From contig NZ_JAPQES010000006.1 of NCBI RefSeq assembly GCF_026735165.1, positions 217,529-249,528 of the forward strand: a stretch of DNA of 32,000 bases. The letters run 5' to 3'. The position numbers were made by a program, and so were the translations under genes. This DNA comes from Clostridium ganghwense (lineage in GTDB: Bacteria; Bacillota; Clostridia; Clostridiales; Clostridiaceae). Position 1 is the stretch's first letter, and the number at the start of each line of letters is the position of its first letter. The notes under the pieces were generated by a model that saw only the letters and a list, made by a program, of their open reading frames with translations, searched no databases and was not told the origin of the DNA. This document shows positions 9,188 to 20,722 of the stretch, one piece after another.

Positions 9188-10276
9188 TCACTGGTTACTA
9201 TCTCTGCCATCCCATAAAATCCCTTTTTCCATGGCAAACATTATAACTTCCGCTTCGATTTGATTATACGTATACTGTTCCATTCTTTTTCTAACTTTCA
9301 TACCTATGTTTTTGTATATATTGTTATAACTATCTCCTAAAAGTTTCACTACTCCTTCAGTAGTCTTCTCTTCATAAACAGCCTTAACTAAACTATTGTC
9401 TGATCCCATTAGAGCCAATTCTAAAGCCAGTACTTCCATTCTTACATCACAAACTTTACTGTGAGTATTGAAGCACCCTGCCGATATTTTACAAAGCTTT
9501 CCTATATGTCCTACTATCAAAATCTTCTCTATGCCTTTTTCTACACAACTATTTAAAGAAAACCCTACAAAATTTGATATCATAACAATTTTTTCTTTAT
9601 CTAAACCAAGCTTAATAGCCCTTTCTTCACCCATATTACCAAACACTAAGATTAAATCTTTATATCCTTTAGAAGCCTTCTGAGATATTTCTAAATGTAT
9701 AGATTCTTTTAGTGCTTCCTCAGACATAGGTGTTACAATTCCTGTAGTTCCAAGTATAGAGATACCTCCTATTATATTAAGTCTTGGATTGAAAGTTTTT
9801 TTAGCTATTTCTTCTCCTTTAGGTACAAAAATAGTAATCTCCACACCACAATTTTCAGGCAGTACTTCTTTGACCTCTTTTTCTATCATTGTTCTTGGTA
9901 CTGGATTTATTGCAGGTTCACCTTTTTTCACATACAAACCTTCCCCTTTAACTACACCTACACCTTTGCCGCCTTTTAGACTATATCCACTTTCCTTTTT
10001 CTCTGCTCTTGCCCATATTTCAAGACCATTTGTAATGTCTGGATCATCTCCGCCATCTTTTATTACACAACATTCTACAAAGTCATTACCTCTCACCACT
10101 TTTTCTATAGTCAGTAAGAGTTCTATTCCTTTAGGAGTATCTATCTTTATTTCCTTAATATTTTTATCACTATACAGCATGTATGCTGCTGCTTTACTAG
10201 CCGCAGCTGCACAGGAGCCTGTAGTATATCCACATCTCAGCTTTTTTCCATAGCTATTTATATACAAATCTAACAT
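9188..10276 (-). CDS. cbiD: Cobalt-precorrin-5B C1-methyltransferase CbiD
   Basis: 362 aa. [18 protein letters not shown] near the N-terminus and [12 protein letters not shown] are signature CbiD segments. Confidence 0.9.
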   Translation of the reverse strand: MLDLYINSYGKKLRCGYTTGSCAAAASKAAAYMLYSDKNIKEIKIDTPKGIELLLTIEKVVRGNDFVECCVIKDGGDDPDITNGLEIWARAEKKESGYSLKGGKGVGVVKGEGLYVKKGEPAINPVPRTMIEKEVKEVLPENCGVEITIFVPKGEEIAKKTFNPRLNIIGGISILGTTGIVTPMSEEALKESIHLEISQKASKGYKDLILVFGNMGEERAIKLGLDKEKIVMISNFVGFSLNSCVEKGIEKILIVGHIGKLCKISAGCFNTHSKVCDVRMEVLALELALMGSDNSLVKAVYEEKTTEGVVKLLGDSYNNIYKNIGMKVRKRMEQYTYNQIEAEVIMFAMEKGILWDGRDSNQ

Positions 10277-10317
10277 CTTATAATGTTTTCTCCCTTTTTA
10301 TAAGTAAATTCACTATA

Positions 10318-10941
10318 TTATCTTTCTACTATCATATACATTAATGCATTGACTATAGCCGCAGCTACACTACTTCCACCTTTTCTACCTCTAACTGTTA
10401 TCATTGGAAGATCAAGCTTTTCGATTTCTTCTTTTGATTCTGCTGCCCCAACAAAACCTATAGGTGCTCCTATTATAAATTTAGCCTTGGATTTTCCTTC
10501 TAATATAAGTTCCTTTAATCTAAAAAGAGCCGTTGGTGCATTTCCAAATACAAAGAACTCCACTCCATCTTCTACAGCCTTTTCAATAGCAGCCATAGAA
10601 CGAGTTATTCCTCTTTCCATTGCAATTTTAGCTACTTCTTCATTACTTACATAACAAACAGCATTACAATTTAGTTTTTTTAAAGCTCTCTTATTTATAC
10701 CTGACAACGCCATATTAGTATCTGTATAAATAGTAGTTCCTTTTTTTAAAATAGAAAGCGCCTCATCTATAGCCTTTTCTCTTATATACACTATATTCTT
10801 ATAATCAAAATCAGCCGTTGTGTGTATTACTCTTTTAATTATTTGAAGCTGTCTTTCATTGAAATCATGAGGTCCCATTTCTTCACCTATAATTTCAAAG
10901 CTCTTCTTTTCAATATCCATAGGTATTTTTATATAATCCAT
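10318..10941 (-). CDS. cbiC: Cobalt-precorrin-8 methylmutase CbiC
   Basis: 207 aa. RVIHTTADFDY and GNAPTAL are conserved CbiC/CobH motifs. Confidence 0.9.
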   Translation of the reverse strand: MDYIKIPMDIEKKSFEIIGEEMGPHDFNERQLQIIKRVIHTTADFDYKNIVYIREKAIDEALSILKKGTTIYTDTNMALSGINKRALKKLNCNAVCYVSNEEVAKIAMERGITRSMAAIEKAVEDGVEFFVFGNAPTALFRLKELILEGKSKAKFIIGAPIGFVGAAESKEEIEKLDLPMITVRGRKGGSSVAAAIVNALMYMIVER

Positions 10942-10963
10942 ATTCTTACCACCTTTATTTTCT

Positions 10964-12268
10964 TTAATCTACAAGATTTTCGATAAATTCTAGATTGCTA
11001 AAGAAATGAACATGTCCATAAGCTGCCAAAGTATTATTTTTTATATATCCGCAATTCCATTCTTTTAAGGAATTATCATACATTGTTTTAGTAAGCTTAT
11101 AAATTCCTTCTTCTTCTAAATCCACATAGGATTTATGGAATTCATGACAATTTATTTTAAATCCCTTTGGTAGACTATTATTTTCTTTTATAACCTCTAT
11201 TGAAGCATATCCAAAATTCTGAAGCCTTTTAGTCATATGTGCTTTTCCTTTAAAATAACCAACAGTTTCTACACCCTCTATGCTTTCAGTTAAGTACATA
11301 AGCCCACCACATTCTGCATAACATTTTAGTCCATTGTCTAAAGAATCTTTTATACTTTTCATCATAGATTTATTCTTGCTCAATTCATCTGCAAAAACCT
11401 CTGGATATCCTCCGCCTATATAAAGAAAATCTATGTTTTCTGGAATCTTCTTATCCTTTAGAGGGCTAAAAAACACAACCTCTCCCATTTCTTGTAGAAG
11501 CTCTATATTTTCTCTATAATAAAAGCTAAATGCTTCATCAAAAGCTATAGCAGTTCTTATTCCTTTTCTCTCTAGGTGGTAGTCATCTGTAAAATCACCA
11601 CTTTCTTTAAAACATTGTAAAAGCTCGTCTATATCAATATAGCTTTCAAGAAGTCTGCTGCATTGTTCTATTTTATTGTCTAAATCTTCTACTTCACTAC
11701 TTTGGACTAATCCCAAATGTCTGCTCTTTAAACTTAATCTTTCATCCTTAGGAAGATAACCAAAAACCTTAACTTTACAATGCTTTTCTATGCTGGCCTT
11801 TAGCAGTCTGTAATAACTTTCGCTTATGTTGTTAAGTATTACCCCGGAAATATTTACCTGTTCGAAATTTACAAGACCATTAATCTCAGCACATAAAGTT
11901 GTACTTTTAGCTTTTGGAGATAAAACCAATACCACAGGTAAATCAAGAGTTGCAGCTAGATGAGCTGTAGAGTATTCTGAAGTAATTCCTTTTCCATCAT
12001 AAAGTCCCATAACGCCTTCTACTATTCCTAAATCTCCTTTACCTCTGCTGAAGGAAGCCTTAGCTCCCTTTTCTCCCATAAGGTATAAGTCTAGATTTCT
12101 AGAAGGATTTCCTGTTATATGAGTATGAAAAGCAGGATCTATGTAATCTGGTCCTACTTTATAACCCTGAACATCAAATCCTCTATTTTTTAATGTCTTC
12201 ATAAGCCCTAATGTCACAGTTGTCTTTCCTCCACCACTGCTGTTTGAAGCTATAACTATTCCTTTCAT
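10964..12268 (-). CDS. cbiA: Cobyrinate a,c-diamide synthase CbiA
   Basis: P-loop-like SGGGKTTVTLGL at the N-terminus and a C-terminal glutamine amidotransferase segment (YAECGGLMYL). I place the start at the ATG at 12268, preceded by GGAGGA. The track start at 12280 is a TTG inside that SD. Confidence 0.9.
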   Translation of the reverse strand: MKGIVIASNSSGGGKTTVTLGLMKTLKNRGFDVQGYKVGPDYIDPAFHTHITGNPSRNLDLYLMGEKGAKASFSRGKGDLGIVEGVMGLYDGKGITSEYSTAHLAATLDLPVVLVLSPKAKSTTLCAEINGLVNFEQVNISGVILNNISESYYRLLKASIEKHCKVKVFGYLPKDERLSLKSRHLGLVQSSEVEDLDNKIEQCSRLLESYIDIDELLQCFKESGDFTDDYHLERKGIRTAIAFDEAFSFYYRENIELLQEMGEVVFFSPLKDKKIPENIDFLYIGGGYPEVFADELSKNKSMMKSIKDSLDNGLKCYAECGGLMYLTESIEGVETVGYFKGKAHMTKRLQNFGYASIEVIKENNSLPKGFKINCHEFHKSYVDLEEEGIYKLTKTMYDNSLKEWNCGYIKNNTLAAYGHVHFFSNLEFIENLVD

Positions 12269-12639
12269 CTTTTCCTCCAATTAATAATACTTCCTATTAC
12301 TGTTCCAATAACTACACTTCCAAAGTGAAATAAACTCATATATAAAGCAAGTACTCCCAAACCTAAATCCTTATGCTCAGTGGGAAACATTTTTGCCTCT
12401 AAAGCTACAAACATAAACCAGTAAATCATATACGAAATTGATATTATAATAGCTGTATACCATTTTGTAATTAGATATTTATTTGTAATAAATGCATATA
12501 CAAATGCTAGTACAATTGGTATTAGTATCGATACTCCGCTTTTAAATACCCAAGGACTATGAACCAAAATTTCTATATATATTACTCCTATAATTGCACA
12601 AAAAATACTCATTAATTGACTTGAAATAAATCTTCTCAT
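12265..12639 (-). CDS. Hypothetical 4-TM membrane protein embedded in the cob operon
   Basis: 124-aa ORF with four clear hydrophobic helices and basic termini (MRRF..., ...NWRKR). Its ATG overlaps the cobD TGA (ATGA at 12636-12639). Its TGA overlaps the cbiA ATG (ATGA at 12265-12268). I recognise no family. Confidence 0.7.
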   Translation of the reverse strand: MRRFISSQLMSIFCAIIGVIYIEILVHSPWVFKSGVSILIPIVLAFVYAFITNKYLITKWYTAIIISISYMIYWFMFVALEAKMFPTEHKDLGLGVLALYMSLFHFGSVVIGTVIGSIINWRKR

Positions 12640-13727
12640 AGATTATTTCCTCGTTTCTTTAAAACTTGTATTAAATGTACATTTCTTTCTCTATCCTTTA
12701 TAGCAAACCTTACATATTGCTTATCTAATCCCCTAAAGTTATCTGCTTTTCTGATAACTATATTCTCTTTTAAACAAATATCATATAATGTGTTACAATC
12801 TATCTTTTTTAATTTACAAAGCACATAATTTGAGTATGTTGTATATACTTTTTCTATAAACTCCAGCTTTTTAAGATTATCTGGCAAATATTCTCTCTCT
12901 TCCTTTATCCACTTAAGAGATTGTTCTATGTACTTGCTATCCTTAAGAACATATTTAGCTGCTGTTTCTGCAAAACAGTTTATATTCCAAGGATTTTGTC
13001 TTTTCTTCATTTTCTCTATTACTTCTTTGTTGCTACTTATTCCGTAACCAAACCTTATGCCAGGTAGAGCAAAAAACTTAGTCAACGCTCTTATCAAAAA
13101 CAAACATTTATAACTTTGCATCTCATTTATAAAGCTTATTTCTCTGCTGCCTGTAAATTCAATAAAAGCTTCGTCTATTATGATTAATTTATTGTGTTCT
13201 TCGCAATACTCCAAAATTGGTTTGAATTTTTCTTTATCAATAATGTTTCCATTAGGATTATTAGGATTACCTATAATTAATCCTTCAACCGATTTAAGCT
13301 TTGAAAGTATATCTTCATAATCATAGGTCATGTCTTCTTTTAAATAAGAATATTCTATTTTACATCCAGAGCGCTTAGCGTCTATATCGTATTCTACAAA
13401 AGAAGGTACAACTATGAGTATACTTTTCAATGAACTTATTGCTAAATCGATTATCTCTGCTGCTCCATTTCCAAGTATGAGATTATCCTTATTTAAATTA
13501 GTTTCTCCTATATAATCTATTATTGTCTTATATAACTCTCTGTACTGAATGTCTGGATATCTAACTACACTATCCATAGCTTCACCTATGTTGTCCTTAA
13601 AGCTTTGTGGTACACCTAGAGGATTTATATTTGAACTGAAATCTATTAAACTTCTTCCCTTTAAAAGTCCATCCGTATATATATCTCCACCATGAACTAA
13701 TGATTCATTTTTAGCTTTTTCCATCAC
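12636..13727 (-). CDS. cobD: L-threonine-O-3-phosphate decarboxylase CobD (class I/II aminotransferase fold)
   Basis: 363 aa with a histidinol-phosphate-aminotransferase-like sequence (NPNNPNG, the KFFALPGIRFGY region containing the PLP lysine). It lies next to cbiB in the cob operon. Confidence 0.8.
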   Translation of the reverse strand: MMEKAKNESLVHGGDIYTDGLLKGRSLIDFSSNINPLGVPQSFKDNIGEAMDSVVRYPDIQYRELYKTIIDYIGETNLNKDNLILGNGAAEIIDLAISSLKSILIVVPSFVEYDIDAKRSGCKIEYSYLKEDMTYDYEDILSKLKSVEGLIIGNPNNPNGNIIDKEKFKPILEYCEEHNKLIIIDEAFIEFTGSREISFINEMQSYKCLFLIRALTKFFALPGIRFGYGISSNKEVIEKMKKRQNPWNINCFAETAAKYVLKDSKYIEQSLKWIKEEREYLPDNLKKLEFIEKVYTTYSNYVLCKLKKIDCNTLYDICLKENIVIRKADNFRGLDKQYVRFAIKDRERNVHLIQVLKKRGNNL

Positions 13728-13742
13728 AGTTAACCTCCCGTT

Positions 13743-14678
13743 TTATGAATAACAAATTGCAAAATAAATTAGTAAAGTTAACACTTCAGTCCCGTACATA
13801 AGCTTAATTACATCTATTATGTGCCTTTTATCCAGTTCTTTTTTACTGTCTCCTATAGTAGGCTTATATACTGTATTTCCAAAATAGCTATTTGTACCTC
13901 CAAGCTGAATTTCTAAAGCTCCAGCTGCAGCACCTTCTGGATAAGCACAATTAGGACTTTTATGATTTTTTCTATCCCTTATCATTATTCTAAAACTTTC
14001 TATTATATTGCCCTTTACTAAAGGAGCTGATATACACATAAGAATTCCTGTAATTCTTGCTGGGATAAGGTTAAAAACATCATCAATCTTAGCTGTGAAA
14101 TATCCTATATATCTATACTTTTCATCCATGTATCCAAGCATTGAATCCATAGTGTTTATTCCCTTATAAAGCATTGCTAAAGGCGCTCCCCCTATCATGG
14201 CATATAATAAGGGTGCAATTATTCCATCTGACGCATTTTCTGCAACCGTCTCCACATCTGCTCTAATTATTTCATGTTCGGAAAGCTGACTTGTATCCCT
14301 TCCAACAATATAAGATACCTTTATTCTTGCCTCTTCTATACCTTCGTAAGCCAAGGAATCATGTACCTTTTTTGCTTCTTTATGCAGACATCTTGCTGCA
14401 AGAGTAGTCCATAAAATTAATACATTTAGGCTGTGATATAGCCAAGGAATACCTTTTGTAAGCTTTAAAATTCCAAAAGGAACTAAAAAGCTTACAGAAG
14501 CAACTGCAATTACAATAAACAAACCATACATTTTAAGCTGGTTATCCTTCTTAAAATGCTTTCTTCCTAAATTCTCAAGAAATCTTATAAGCTTTCCCAT
14601 ATATATAACTGGATGTGGAAACCAGTAAGGATCTCCAATTATCCAATCTATAACTACCGCCAAAGCTATATCTATCAT
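13743..14678 (-). CDS. cbiB: Adenosylcobinamide-phosphate synthase CbiB
   Basis: 311-aa membrane protein. The N-terminal GDPYWFPHPVIYMGK matches the CbiB/CobD-family motif (HPV..G). Confidence 0.9.
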   Translation of the reverse strand: MIDIALAVVIDWIIGDPYWFPHPVIYMGKLIRFLENLGRKHFKKDNQLKMYGLFIVIAVASVSFLVPFGILKLTKGIPWLYHSLNVLILWTTLAARCLHKEAKKVHDSLAYEGIEEARIKVSYIVGRDTSQLSEHEIIRADVETVAENASDGIIAPLLYAMIGGAPLAMLYKGINTMDSMLGYMDEKYRYIGYFTAKIDDVFNLIPARITGILMCISAPLVKGNIIESFRIMIRDRKNHKSPNCAYPEGAAAGALEIQLGGTNSYFGNTVYKPTIGDSKKELDKRHIIDVIKLMYGTEVLTLLIYFAICYS

Positions 14679-14713
14679 TTTCTCAACTCCAAAATTCTAC
14701 TTATTACTAATCT

Positions 14714-16189
14714 TTACTTCTGATTTATAATTTCATATATCTTATCCATATCAAGACTATTTCTTACTAAATCCGCTAATTTATCTAATTCTGATTCTCT
14801 CAAGCTTTCATAAGTTCTAGATTTTTTCAGCGGTAATTCTTTTTTCTCTCTAAGAAGATTTACTATATACTCTCTAAACTCTATTCCATCAAAAACACCA
14901 TGAATATATGTACCCATTACATTACCTTTTTTATTTACAGCTCCATCTGCATAATTAACAGCTTCTCCATTTTTATCTTTAATAATGAAAAGAGGTTCTG
15001 CATTTTCTCCATATGTGCATATTCCCATGTGAATTTCATATCCGTAAGCTTTCTTATTAAACAGTTTACATTCTGCCTCTACTCTAGTAGTTACCTTTTC
15101 TTCTTCAAAAACTGTTTCCACATCAAGCAGATTCATTCCCTCTATTTCTTTTAGGTCTGTTTCTACTCCATAAGTGTCTTGAAGTATCTTACCCAGCATT
15201 TGATATCCACCGCAAATACCTATTAACATATTGTCCTTGCTGTATTCTTTTATTAAACCCTCTAACCCGTTATTTCTTAAAGCCATTAAGTCTTCGATAG
15301 TATTCTTGCTTCCTGGTATAATAAGCAAATCTGGATTTCCAAATTCCTCTGGCTTTTCAATAAATCTTATAGATACATCCTCTTCTATACTTAAAGCATC
15401 TAAATCTGTAAAATTAGATATATGAGGAAGCTTAATAACAGCTATATCAATAGGAGCCGTTACCTTTTTATTAAATTCTACCGCTCCATCCTCATCCTCA
15501 AGGTTAAGTCTGAAATATGGTACTACACCTATTGTAGGTATTTTTATTATATCCTCAATCATAGTAAGCCCAGGCTTTAGAATTTCTACATCTCCCCTAA
15601 ACTTATTTATGATAGTTCCTTTTACTCTTTTCTTTTCTTCCTCTTGAAGCAGCAGCATAGTACCTGCCAATGAAGCAAATACTCCACCTTTATCTATATC
15701 TCCTACTAAAAGTACATGTGCATCTACAAGTTCTGCCAATCCCATATTTACTATATCTCTGTCTCTTAAATTTATTTCTGCAGGACTTCCTGCACCTTCA
15801 ATAACTATAATGTCAAATTTTTTCTCTAGTTCTTCAAAATCTTTTTTTAGCATATCTTTAAATTCAATTTTCAAGTTATGATATTCCATTGCTGAACTAT
15901 TGCTGTACACTTTTCCCTTTACTATAACCTGACACTTTTTATCTCCAGTTGGTTTTAACAAAATTGGATTCATATAAGCTTCTGGTTGAAGTCCAGCAGC
16001 ATAAGCTTGAAGTACTTGAGCTCTTCCCATCTCTTTTCCGTCCAAGGTTATATATGAATTTAAGGACATATTTTGAGATTTATAAGGACACACCTTATAA
16101 CCATCCTGTTTAAAAATTCTGCACAAAGCTGCAACTAAAATACTTTTACCTACTGAGGAAGCGGTACCTTGAATCATTATTTTGGCCAT
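14714..16189 (-). CDS. cobQ: Cobyric acid synthase CobQ/CbiP
   Basis: 491 aa. [12 protein letters not shown] is an N-terminal nucleotide-binding motif. The C-terminal GATase segment includes [10 protein letters not shown] and YIHG. Confidence 0.9.
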   Translation of the reverse strand: MAKIMIQGTASSVGKSILVAALCRIFKQDGYKVCPYKSQNMSLNSYITLDGKEMGRAQVLQAYAAGLQPEAYMNPILLKPTGDKKCQVIVKGKVYSNSSAMEYHNLKIEFKDMLKKDFEELEKKFDIIVIEGAGSPAEINLRDRDIVNMGLAELVDAHVLLVGDIDKGGVFASLAGTMLLLQEEEKKRVKGTIINKFRGDVEILKPGLTMIEDIIKIPTIGVVPYFRLNLEDEDGAVEFNKKVTAPIDIAVIKLPHISNFTDLDALSIEEDVSIRFIEKPEEFGNPDLLIIPGSKNTIEDLMALRNNGLEGLIKEYSKDNMLIGICGGYQMLGKILQDTYGVETDLKEIEGMNLLDVETVFEEEKVTTRVEAECKLFNKKAYGYEIHMGICTYGENAEPLFIIKDKNGEAVNYADGAVNKKGNVMGTYIHGVFDGIEFREYIVNLLREKKELPLKKSRTYESLRESELDKLADLVRNSLDMDKIYEIINQK

Positions 16190-16206
16190 ATGTTATTCAC
16201 CTCTAA

Positions 16207-17055
16207 TTATTTCTTACATCTTTTTAATCCTTTTTTTGTTCTTCCTAATCCTTCATATTTTCCTTCAATAGCATCTTTAATATGCTGTAGATAAATATCC
16301 TGGAATTTCTTAAACTCACCTAAACCACGAAGACATATATCAGTTTCTATACCTTCATCCTTTAATATATTCTTCCATGAATCTTCGTCATCTCCAGCCA
16401 TATCATTTTTAGCATGATCTCCAGCTACAAGCATTAATGGAACAAGAGTAACTTTATTTATCTTATCTTTCTTTATCCATCTAACTACATCATAAATAGT
16501 TGGATATCCTTCTACTGTACCAACATACACACTGTCATATCCGTTATCTCTTAATACACTTTGAAGACAAGGATAGCAGGCATTTGCTGGATGTACACTT
16601 CCATGTCCCATGAAAACAACGTCTTTGTATTCAGTAAGAATCTCTTCTAATGACTCTGTGAAAATTTGATAATCATCTGGTATATGTTCCTCTGCTGTCT
16701 TATAGAATAAAGCGGGTCTTCCCATAGCTATTTTCTTGAAAATACCATCTTCCTTATACTTGTCCACTACTGAGGTTACATAATCAAATTCTGCACCAGG
16801 AATTAAATGAAGAGGCTGAACAATTACTTCTTCAAACCCTTCATTCTTTAACTTTTCCAGTGCTTCTTCTGGCGTATCTTCATGTATTCCGTCTCTTTCT
16901 TTAAGAATTTTTATAATTTGATGTGCAGTAAATGCTCTTCTTACTTCGTACTCCTTAAAATTCTCTCTTACTCTATCTTCTATTCTTTCTATAGTAAGCT
17001 CTAATGTATCCTTATGTGTAGTACCAAAACTAACCACTAATATCGCCTTTTTCAT
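16207..17055 (-). CDS. cbiK: Sirohydrochlorin cobaltochelatase CbiK (anaerobic pathway)
   Basis: 282 aa. KAILVVSFGTTHKDT at the N-terminus and a second-half HG...H region are consistent with class II chelatase CbiK. It has a short basic C-terminal tail. Confidence 0.8.
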   Translation of the reverse strand: MKKAILVVSFGTTHKDTLELTIERIEDRVRENFKEYEVRRAFTAHQIIKILKERDGIHEDTPEEALEKLKNEGFEEVIVQPLHLIPGAEFDYVTSVVDKYKEDGIFKKIAMGRPALFYKTAEEHIPDDYQIFTESLEEILTEYKDVVFMGHGSVHPANACYPCLQSVLRDNGYDSVYVGTVEGYPTIYDVVRWIKKDKINKVTLVPLMLVAGDHAKNDMAGDDEDSWKNILKDEGIETDICLRGLGEFKKFQDIYLQHIKDAIEGKYEGLGRTKKGLKRCKK

Positions 17056-17098
17056 ATAATCACCTCTTCATTATTTTCTGCAACGTATACTACGTAAA

Positions 17099-17848
17099 TT
17101 AATTCATAGCTATAAATAAAACTAATACTAATATCTCATTTAGTTCATTATTTGCCCCTAAATTATCTCCAGTGATTCCGTCAATTTTACTTCTACAAAA
17201 TTTATTAAATAGAAAAGTAAGAATTAAAGAAGCAGCTATTAAAATTGAGCCTTTTTCTATACCAACTAATAAGAAAACTAAAGCTGCAGCTATAATTAAG
17301 GCTGCTGATATCTCTATCTTTCCTACATTTCCTATAAAAAGATTTCCACTTCCTGTTTTCTTTGCAGTATTTCCGATAAAGGATATTGTAACTAAAGAAG
17401 CTCTACCTATTATAGGAACTGCTATAATGATTAAAGCTGTTCTTGTATCATTAATACAGGATAGTGATGTGATTTTTATCAATATATCAAAAACTACTGC
17501 AATACACGCATAAGTACCTATTCTGCTGTCTTTCATTATTTCAATTATTCTATCCTTGCCTTTAAATGCAAAGAATCCATCACAGCTATCTCCAAGACCA
17601 TCTACATGTAGTGCTCCCGTTAATAAAACCCCTGTCAAAACTACGAAAACAGCTGTAATTGTCATAGGTAACCTTTGAATTAGTACAAAATAAATCAACC
17701 ATTGTATTAAACCAATAACAGCACCCACTAAAGGTAAAAATATAGTGCCTCTTCTAAAGTCTTCTTGTTCACATGGTAAATTTATATTAATAGGAATTCT
17801 AGTCATAAACTGAAGCATAAGTAAAAAGCTTTTTATGTACTTTCCCAT
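17099..17848 (-). CDS. cobS: Adenosylcobinamide-GDP ribazoletransferase (cobalamin synthase) CobS
   Basis: 249-aa polytopic membrane protein. FLTRIP-like MTRIPI near the N-terminus and HVDGLGDSCDG are CobS signatures. Confidence 0.9.
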   Translation of the reverse strand: MGKYIKSFLLMLQFMTRIPININLPCEQEDFRRGTIFLPLVGAVIGLIQWLIYFVLIQRLPMTITAVFVVLTGVLLTGALHVDGLGDSCDGFFAFKGKDRIIEIMKDSRIGTYACIAVVFDILIKITSLSCINDTRTALIIIAVPIIGRASLVTISFIGNTAKKTGSGNLFIGNVGKIEISAALIIAAALVFLLVGIEKGSILIAASLILTFLFNKFCRSKIDGITGDNLGANNELNEILVLVLFIAMN

Positions 17849-17860
17849 AAAGTCACCTCC

Positions 17861-18451
17861 TTAATCTACATGCATTATACTGTCTATAAAAAAATCACCG
17901 TACTTGTATTTAATAAGACTTATATCACCATTTCTTGATGAAAACTTCCAGTAAAATCTCAGATTTTCATCTAATATATATGAGTAAACGGCTCTTATAA
18001 CTCCACCATGAGCTACTACCAATATATTTTCTGCATCCAGCTTTTTTATATCTTCCATAAATGATTTAACTCTTTTATAAAACATTTCATAGCTTTCTCC
18101 ATTCATGGGACAAAATCGTTCCCACTCTTTTTCCCACAGCTTCACTTCCTCTGGATAAAGCTTGCATATTTCATCATAGGTTTTACCTTCAAAAACACCA
18201 AAGTCAATTTCATTTATTCTCCTATCCTTAATTAACTTTGTTTCTCTACCCTTTAAAACTATTTCTGCAGTTTGTAGTGTTCTTGTTTTTTCACTTATAA
18301 ATACCTTATCCAGCTCTATATTCTTGAAGAATTCTCCTGCCTTCTCAGCTTGAATAATCCCTGTACTGTTCAGCTTAACATCCAGACGTCCATAATAAGT
18401 TTTATTTTTATTCTGCTCTGTCTGCCCATGTCTTAAAAAATAAATGTTCAT
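17861..18451 (-). CDS. cobC: Alpha-ribazole phosphatase CobC (histidine phosphatase family)
   Basis: 196 aa. The RHGQT catalytic motif (FLRHGQTEQN) is at the N-terminus and AHGG is near the C-terminus. It lies adjacent to cobS. Confidence 0.75.
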   Translation of the reverse strand: MNIYFLRHGQTEQNKNKTYYGRLDVKLNSTGIIQAEKAGEFFKNIELDKVFISEKTRTLQTAEIVLKGRETKLIKDRRINEIDFGVFEGKTYDEICKLYPEEVKLWEKEWERFCPMNGESYEMFYKRVKSFMEDIKKLDAENILVVAHGGVIRAVYSYILDENLRFYWKFSSRNGDISLIKYKYGDFFIDSIMHVD

Positions 18452-18457
18452 ATTGCC

Positions 18458-19726
18458 CTAAAACCTTTTAACAGCATCTATAAATTTATCAATATCTTCT
18501 TCTGTGTGTTTTGCACCTATAAATAATGCTTCAAATTGTGATGGTGCCATATAAATTCCGTTATTAAGCATATGTTCAAAGAATGCTGCATACATTTTTG
18601 TATCACAAGCTTTAGCTTCTTCATAATTAGTGACTCTTCCCTTTTCTGTAAAGAATATAGTCATCATTGACCCGCATCTATTTACTACTATAGGAAGTCC
18701 CTTTTCTTTTGCAGCCTCTTCAATTCCCTTTTGAAGTTTTGCTCCAAGCTTTTCAATGTGTGTATATATTTCTGTATTGTTGTAAAGCTTAGTAAGTGCT
18801 GCATATCCTGCTGCCATAACTATTGGATTTCCTGACATCGTTCCAGCTTGGTAAACAGGTCCTATTGGAGATAAATATTCCATAACCTCTTTTCTACCGC
18901 CATAAGCACCACACGGAAGTCCTCCTCCCATTATCTTTGCAAAAGTAGTTATATCTGGTTTTATGCCATAAAGACTTTGCGCCCCTTTATATGCCACTCT
19001 AAAACCTGTCATAACCTCATCAAAGATAAGAAGGCTTCCATTAGCTTTACATAGTCTATCTAATTCTTCTAAAAATTCCTTTTCAGCAGGAACAACTCCC
19101 ATGTTACCTGACACTGGCTCAATTATTACTGCTGCTATGTCTTCTCCATACTTTTGGAACACTTCTCTTATACTTTCACAATCGTTGTAATTAGCGATAA
19201 GAGTATTTTTTATACTTTCTTCTGGAACTCCAGCACATCCTGGTATTCCTTCTGTTAAAACACCAGAACCAGCACTAACTAGGAAACCTTCAAAATGTCC
19301 ATGATAGCAGCCTGCAAATTTCACTATCTTATTTCTTCCTGTAACTCCTCTGGCAAGCTTAACTGCACTCATTGTAGCCTCTGTTCCTGAGTTAACCATT
19401 CTAATCATGTCTACATTATCTAAAGTTGTACATATATGCTTAGCTAGTTTTAATTCAATATCAGTTGGTGCTCCAAAAGCGATTGCACTATCACAGGTAT
19501 TCTTAATAGCATTTACAACATCTTTATCACAGTGACCTAGAATCATAGGACCCCATGCCCCTACAAAATCTATATATTTATTGTTATCTTCATCAAAAAT
19601 ATAAGCTCCTTCGCCTTTTTTAATTACAGGAGGATTTACATTCACATCCTTAAAAGCTCTTACTGGACTATTAACTCCACCTGGCATATATTCCTTTGAT
19701 TCATTGAAAATCTCTAAATTTCTCAT
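18458..19726 (-). CDS. hemL: Glutamate-1-semialdehyde 2,1-aminomutase HemL
   Basis: [13 protein letters not shown] and FDEVMTGFR motifs. I place the start at the ATG at 19726, preceded by AAGGAGGA at 19732-19739. The track start at 19756 lies inside hemB. Confidence 0.92.
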   Translation of the reverse strand: MRNLEIFNESKEYMPGGVNSPVRAFKDVNVNPPVIKKGEGAYIFDEDNNKYIDFVGAWGPMILGHCDKDVVNAIKNTCDSAIAFGAPTDIELKLAKHICTTLDNVDMIRMVNSGTEATMSAVKLARGVTGRNKIVKFAGCYHGHFEGFLVSAGSGVLTEGIPGCAGVPEESIKNTLIANYNDCESIREVFQKYGEDIAAVIIEPVSGNMGVVPAEKEFLEELDRLCKANGSLLIFDEVMTGFRVAYKGAQSLYGIKPDITTFAKIMGGGLPCGAYGGRKEVMEYLSPIGPVYQAGTMSGNPIVMAAGYAALTKLYNNTEIYTHIEKLGAKLQKGIEEAAKEKGLPIVVNRCGSMMTIFFTEKGRVTNYEEAKACDTKMYAAFFEHMLNNGIYMAPSQFEALFIGAKHTEEDIDKFIDAVKRF

Positions 19727-19727
19727 A

Positions 19728-20708
19728 CTAATCCTCCTTAAGCCATTTAACTGCATCTAATGCATGATAAGTAATTATTATGTCTGCACCTGCTCTTTTC
19801 ATTGATAAAAGCATTTCCATTGCTATTGCTTTTTCATTGATAACTCCCATCTTAGCTCCTGCTTTCACCATTGCATATTCGCCACTAACACTATAAGCCG
19901 CTACAGGAACATCATGTCTATCTCTTGCACATCTTATAACATCTAAATAAGAAAGAGCTGGTTTAACCATTATGATATCTGCTCCTTCCATGATATCATC
20001 CTCTATTTCCTTCATAGCTTCTCTTAAATTTGCTGGGTCCATTTGATATGTCTTTCTATCACCAAATTGAGGTGCAGAATTAGCCGCATCTCTAAAAGGT
20101 CCATAGAAAGCTGAACAGTATTTTGCACTATATGACATTATTGAAACGTGTTTATATCCTTCTTTATCTAATAAATTTCTCATAGCCATAACTCTTCCAT
20201 CCATCATGTCAGAAGGTGCTACCATATCTGCTCCTGCTTTAGCATGAGATAAAGCAATCTTAGCTAGGTATTCCAAGCTTTTATCGTTATCTACCTTTGT
20301 TCCATATATTATTCCGCAGTGTCCATGACTTGTGTATTGACACATACATACATCTGTAATTACCCATAGTTCAGGTGCAATCTCTTTTATTTTTCTTACA
20401 GCTCTTTGAACTATACCATTTTCATCAAAGGCACTAGAAGCTATTTCATCTTTACTATCTGGTATACCAAAAACCAAAACTCCTCTTATGCCACCAGCTT
20501 TAACTTCATCTATAACTTCATGTAATCTATCAATAGAATAATGATAATTTCCTGGTAAAGATTCTATCTCTTCTTTAATATTTTCACCTTCAACTGCAAA
20601 AATAGGATAAATAAAATCCTTTGGAGTAAGCACAGTTTCTCTTATTAAATCTCTTATTGCACCATTTTCTCTCAATCTTCTATTTCTGCTAAACATATTA
20701 TTTAACAC
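19728..20708 (-). CDS. hemB: Porphobilinogen synthase (5-aminolevulinate dehydratase) HemB
   Basis: 326 aa. RRLR near the N-terminus, the cysteine-rich metal site [14 protein letters not shown] and the active-site region MVKPA are all present. Confidence 0.92.
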   Translation of the reverse strand: MLNNMFSRNRRLRENGAIRDLIRETVLTPKDFIYPIFAVEGENIKEEIESLPGNYHYSIDRLHEVIDEVKAGGIRGVLVFGIPDSKDEIASSAFDENGIVQRAVRKIKEIAPELWVITDVCMCQYTSHGHCGIIYGTKVDNDKSLEYLAKIALSHAKAGADMVAPSDMMDGRVMAMRNLLDKEGYKHVSIMSYSAKYCSAFYGPFRDAANSAPQFGDRKTYQMDPANLREAMKEIEDDIMEGADIIMVKPALSYLDVIRCARDRHDVPVAAYSVSGEYAMVKAGAKMGVINEKAIAMEMLLSMKRAGADIIITYHALDAVKWLKED

Positions 20709-20722
20709 TACCTTTCTTTAAT

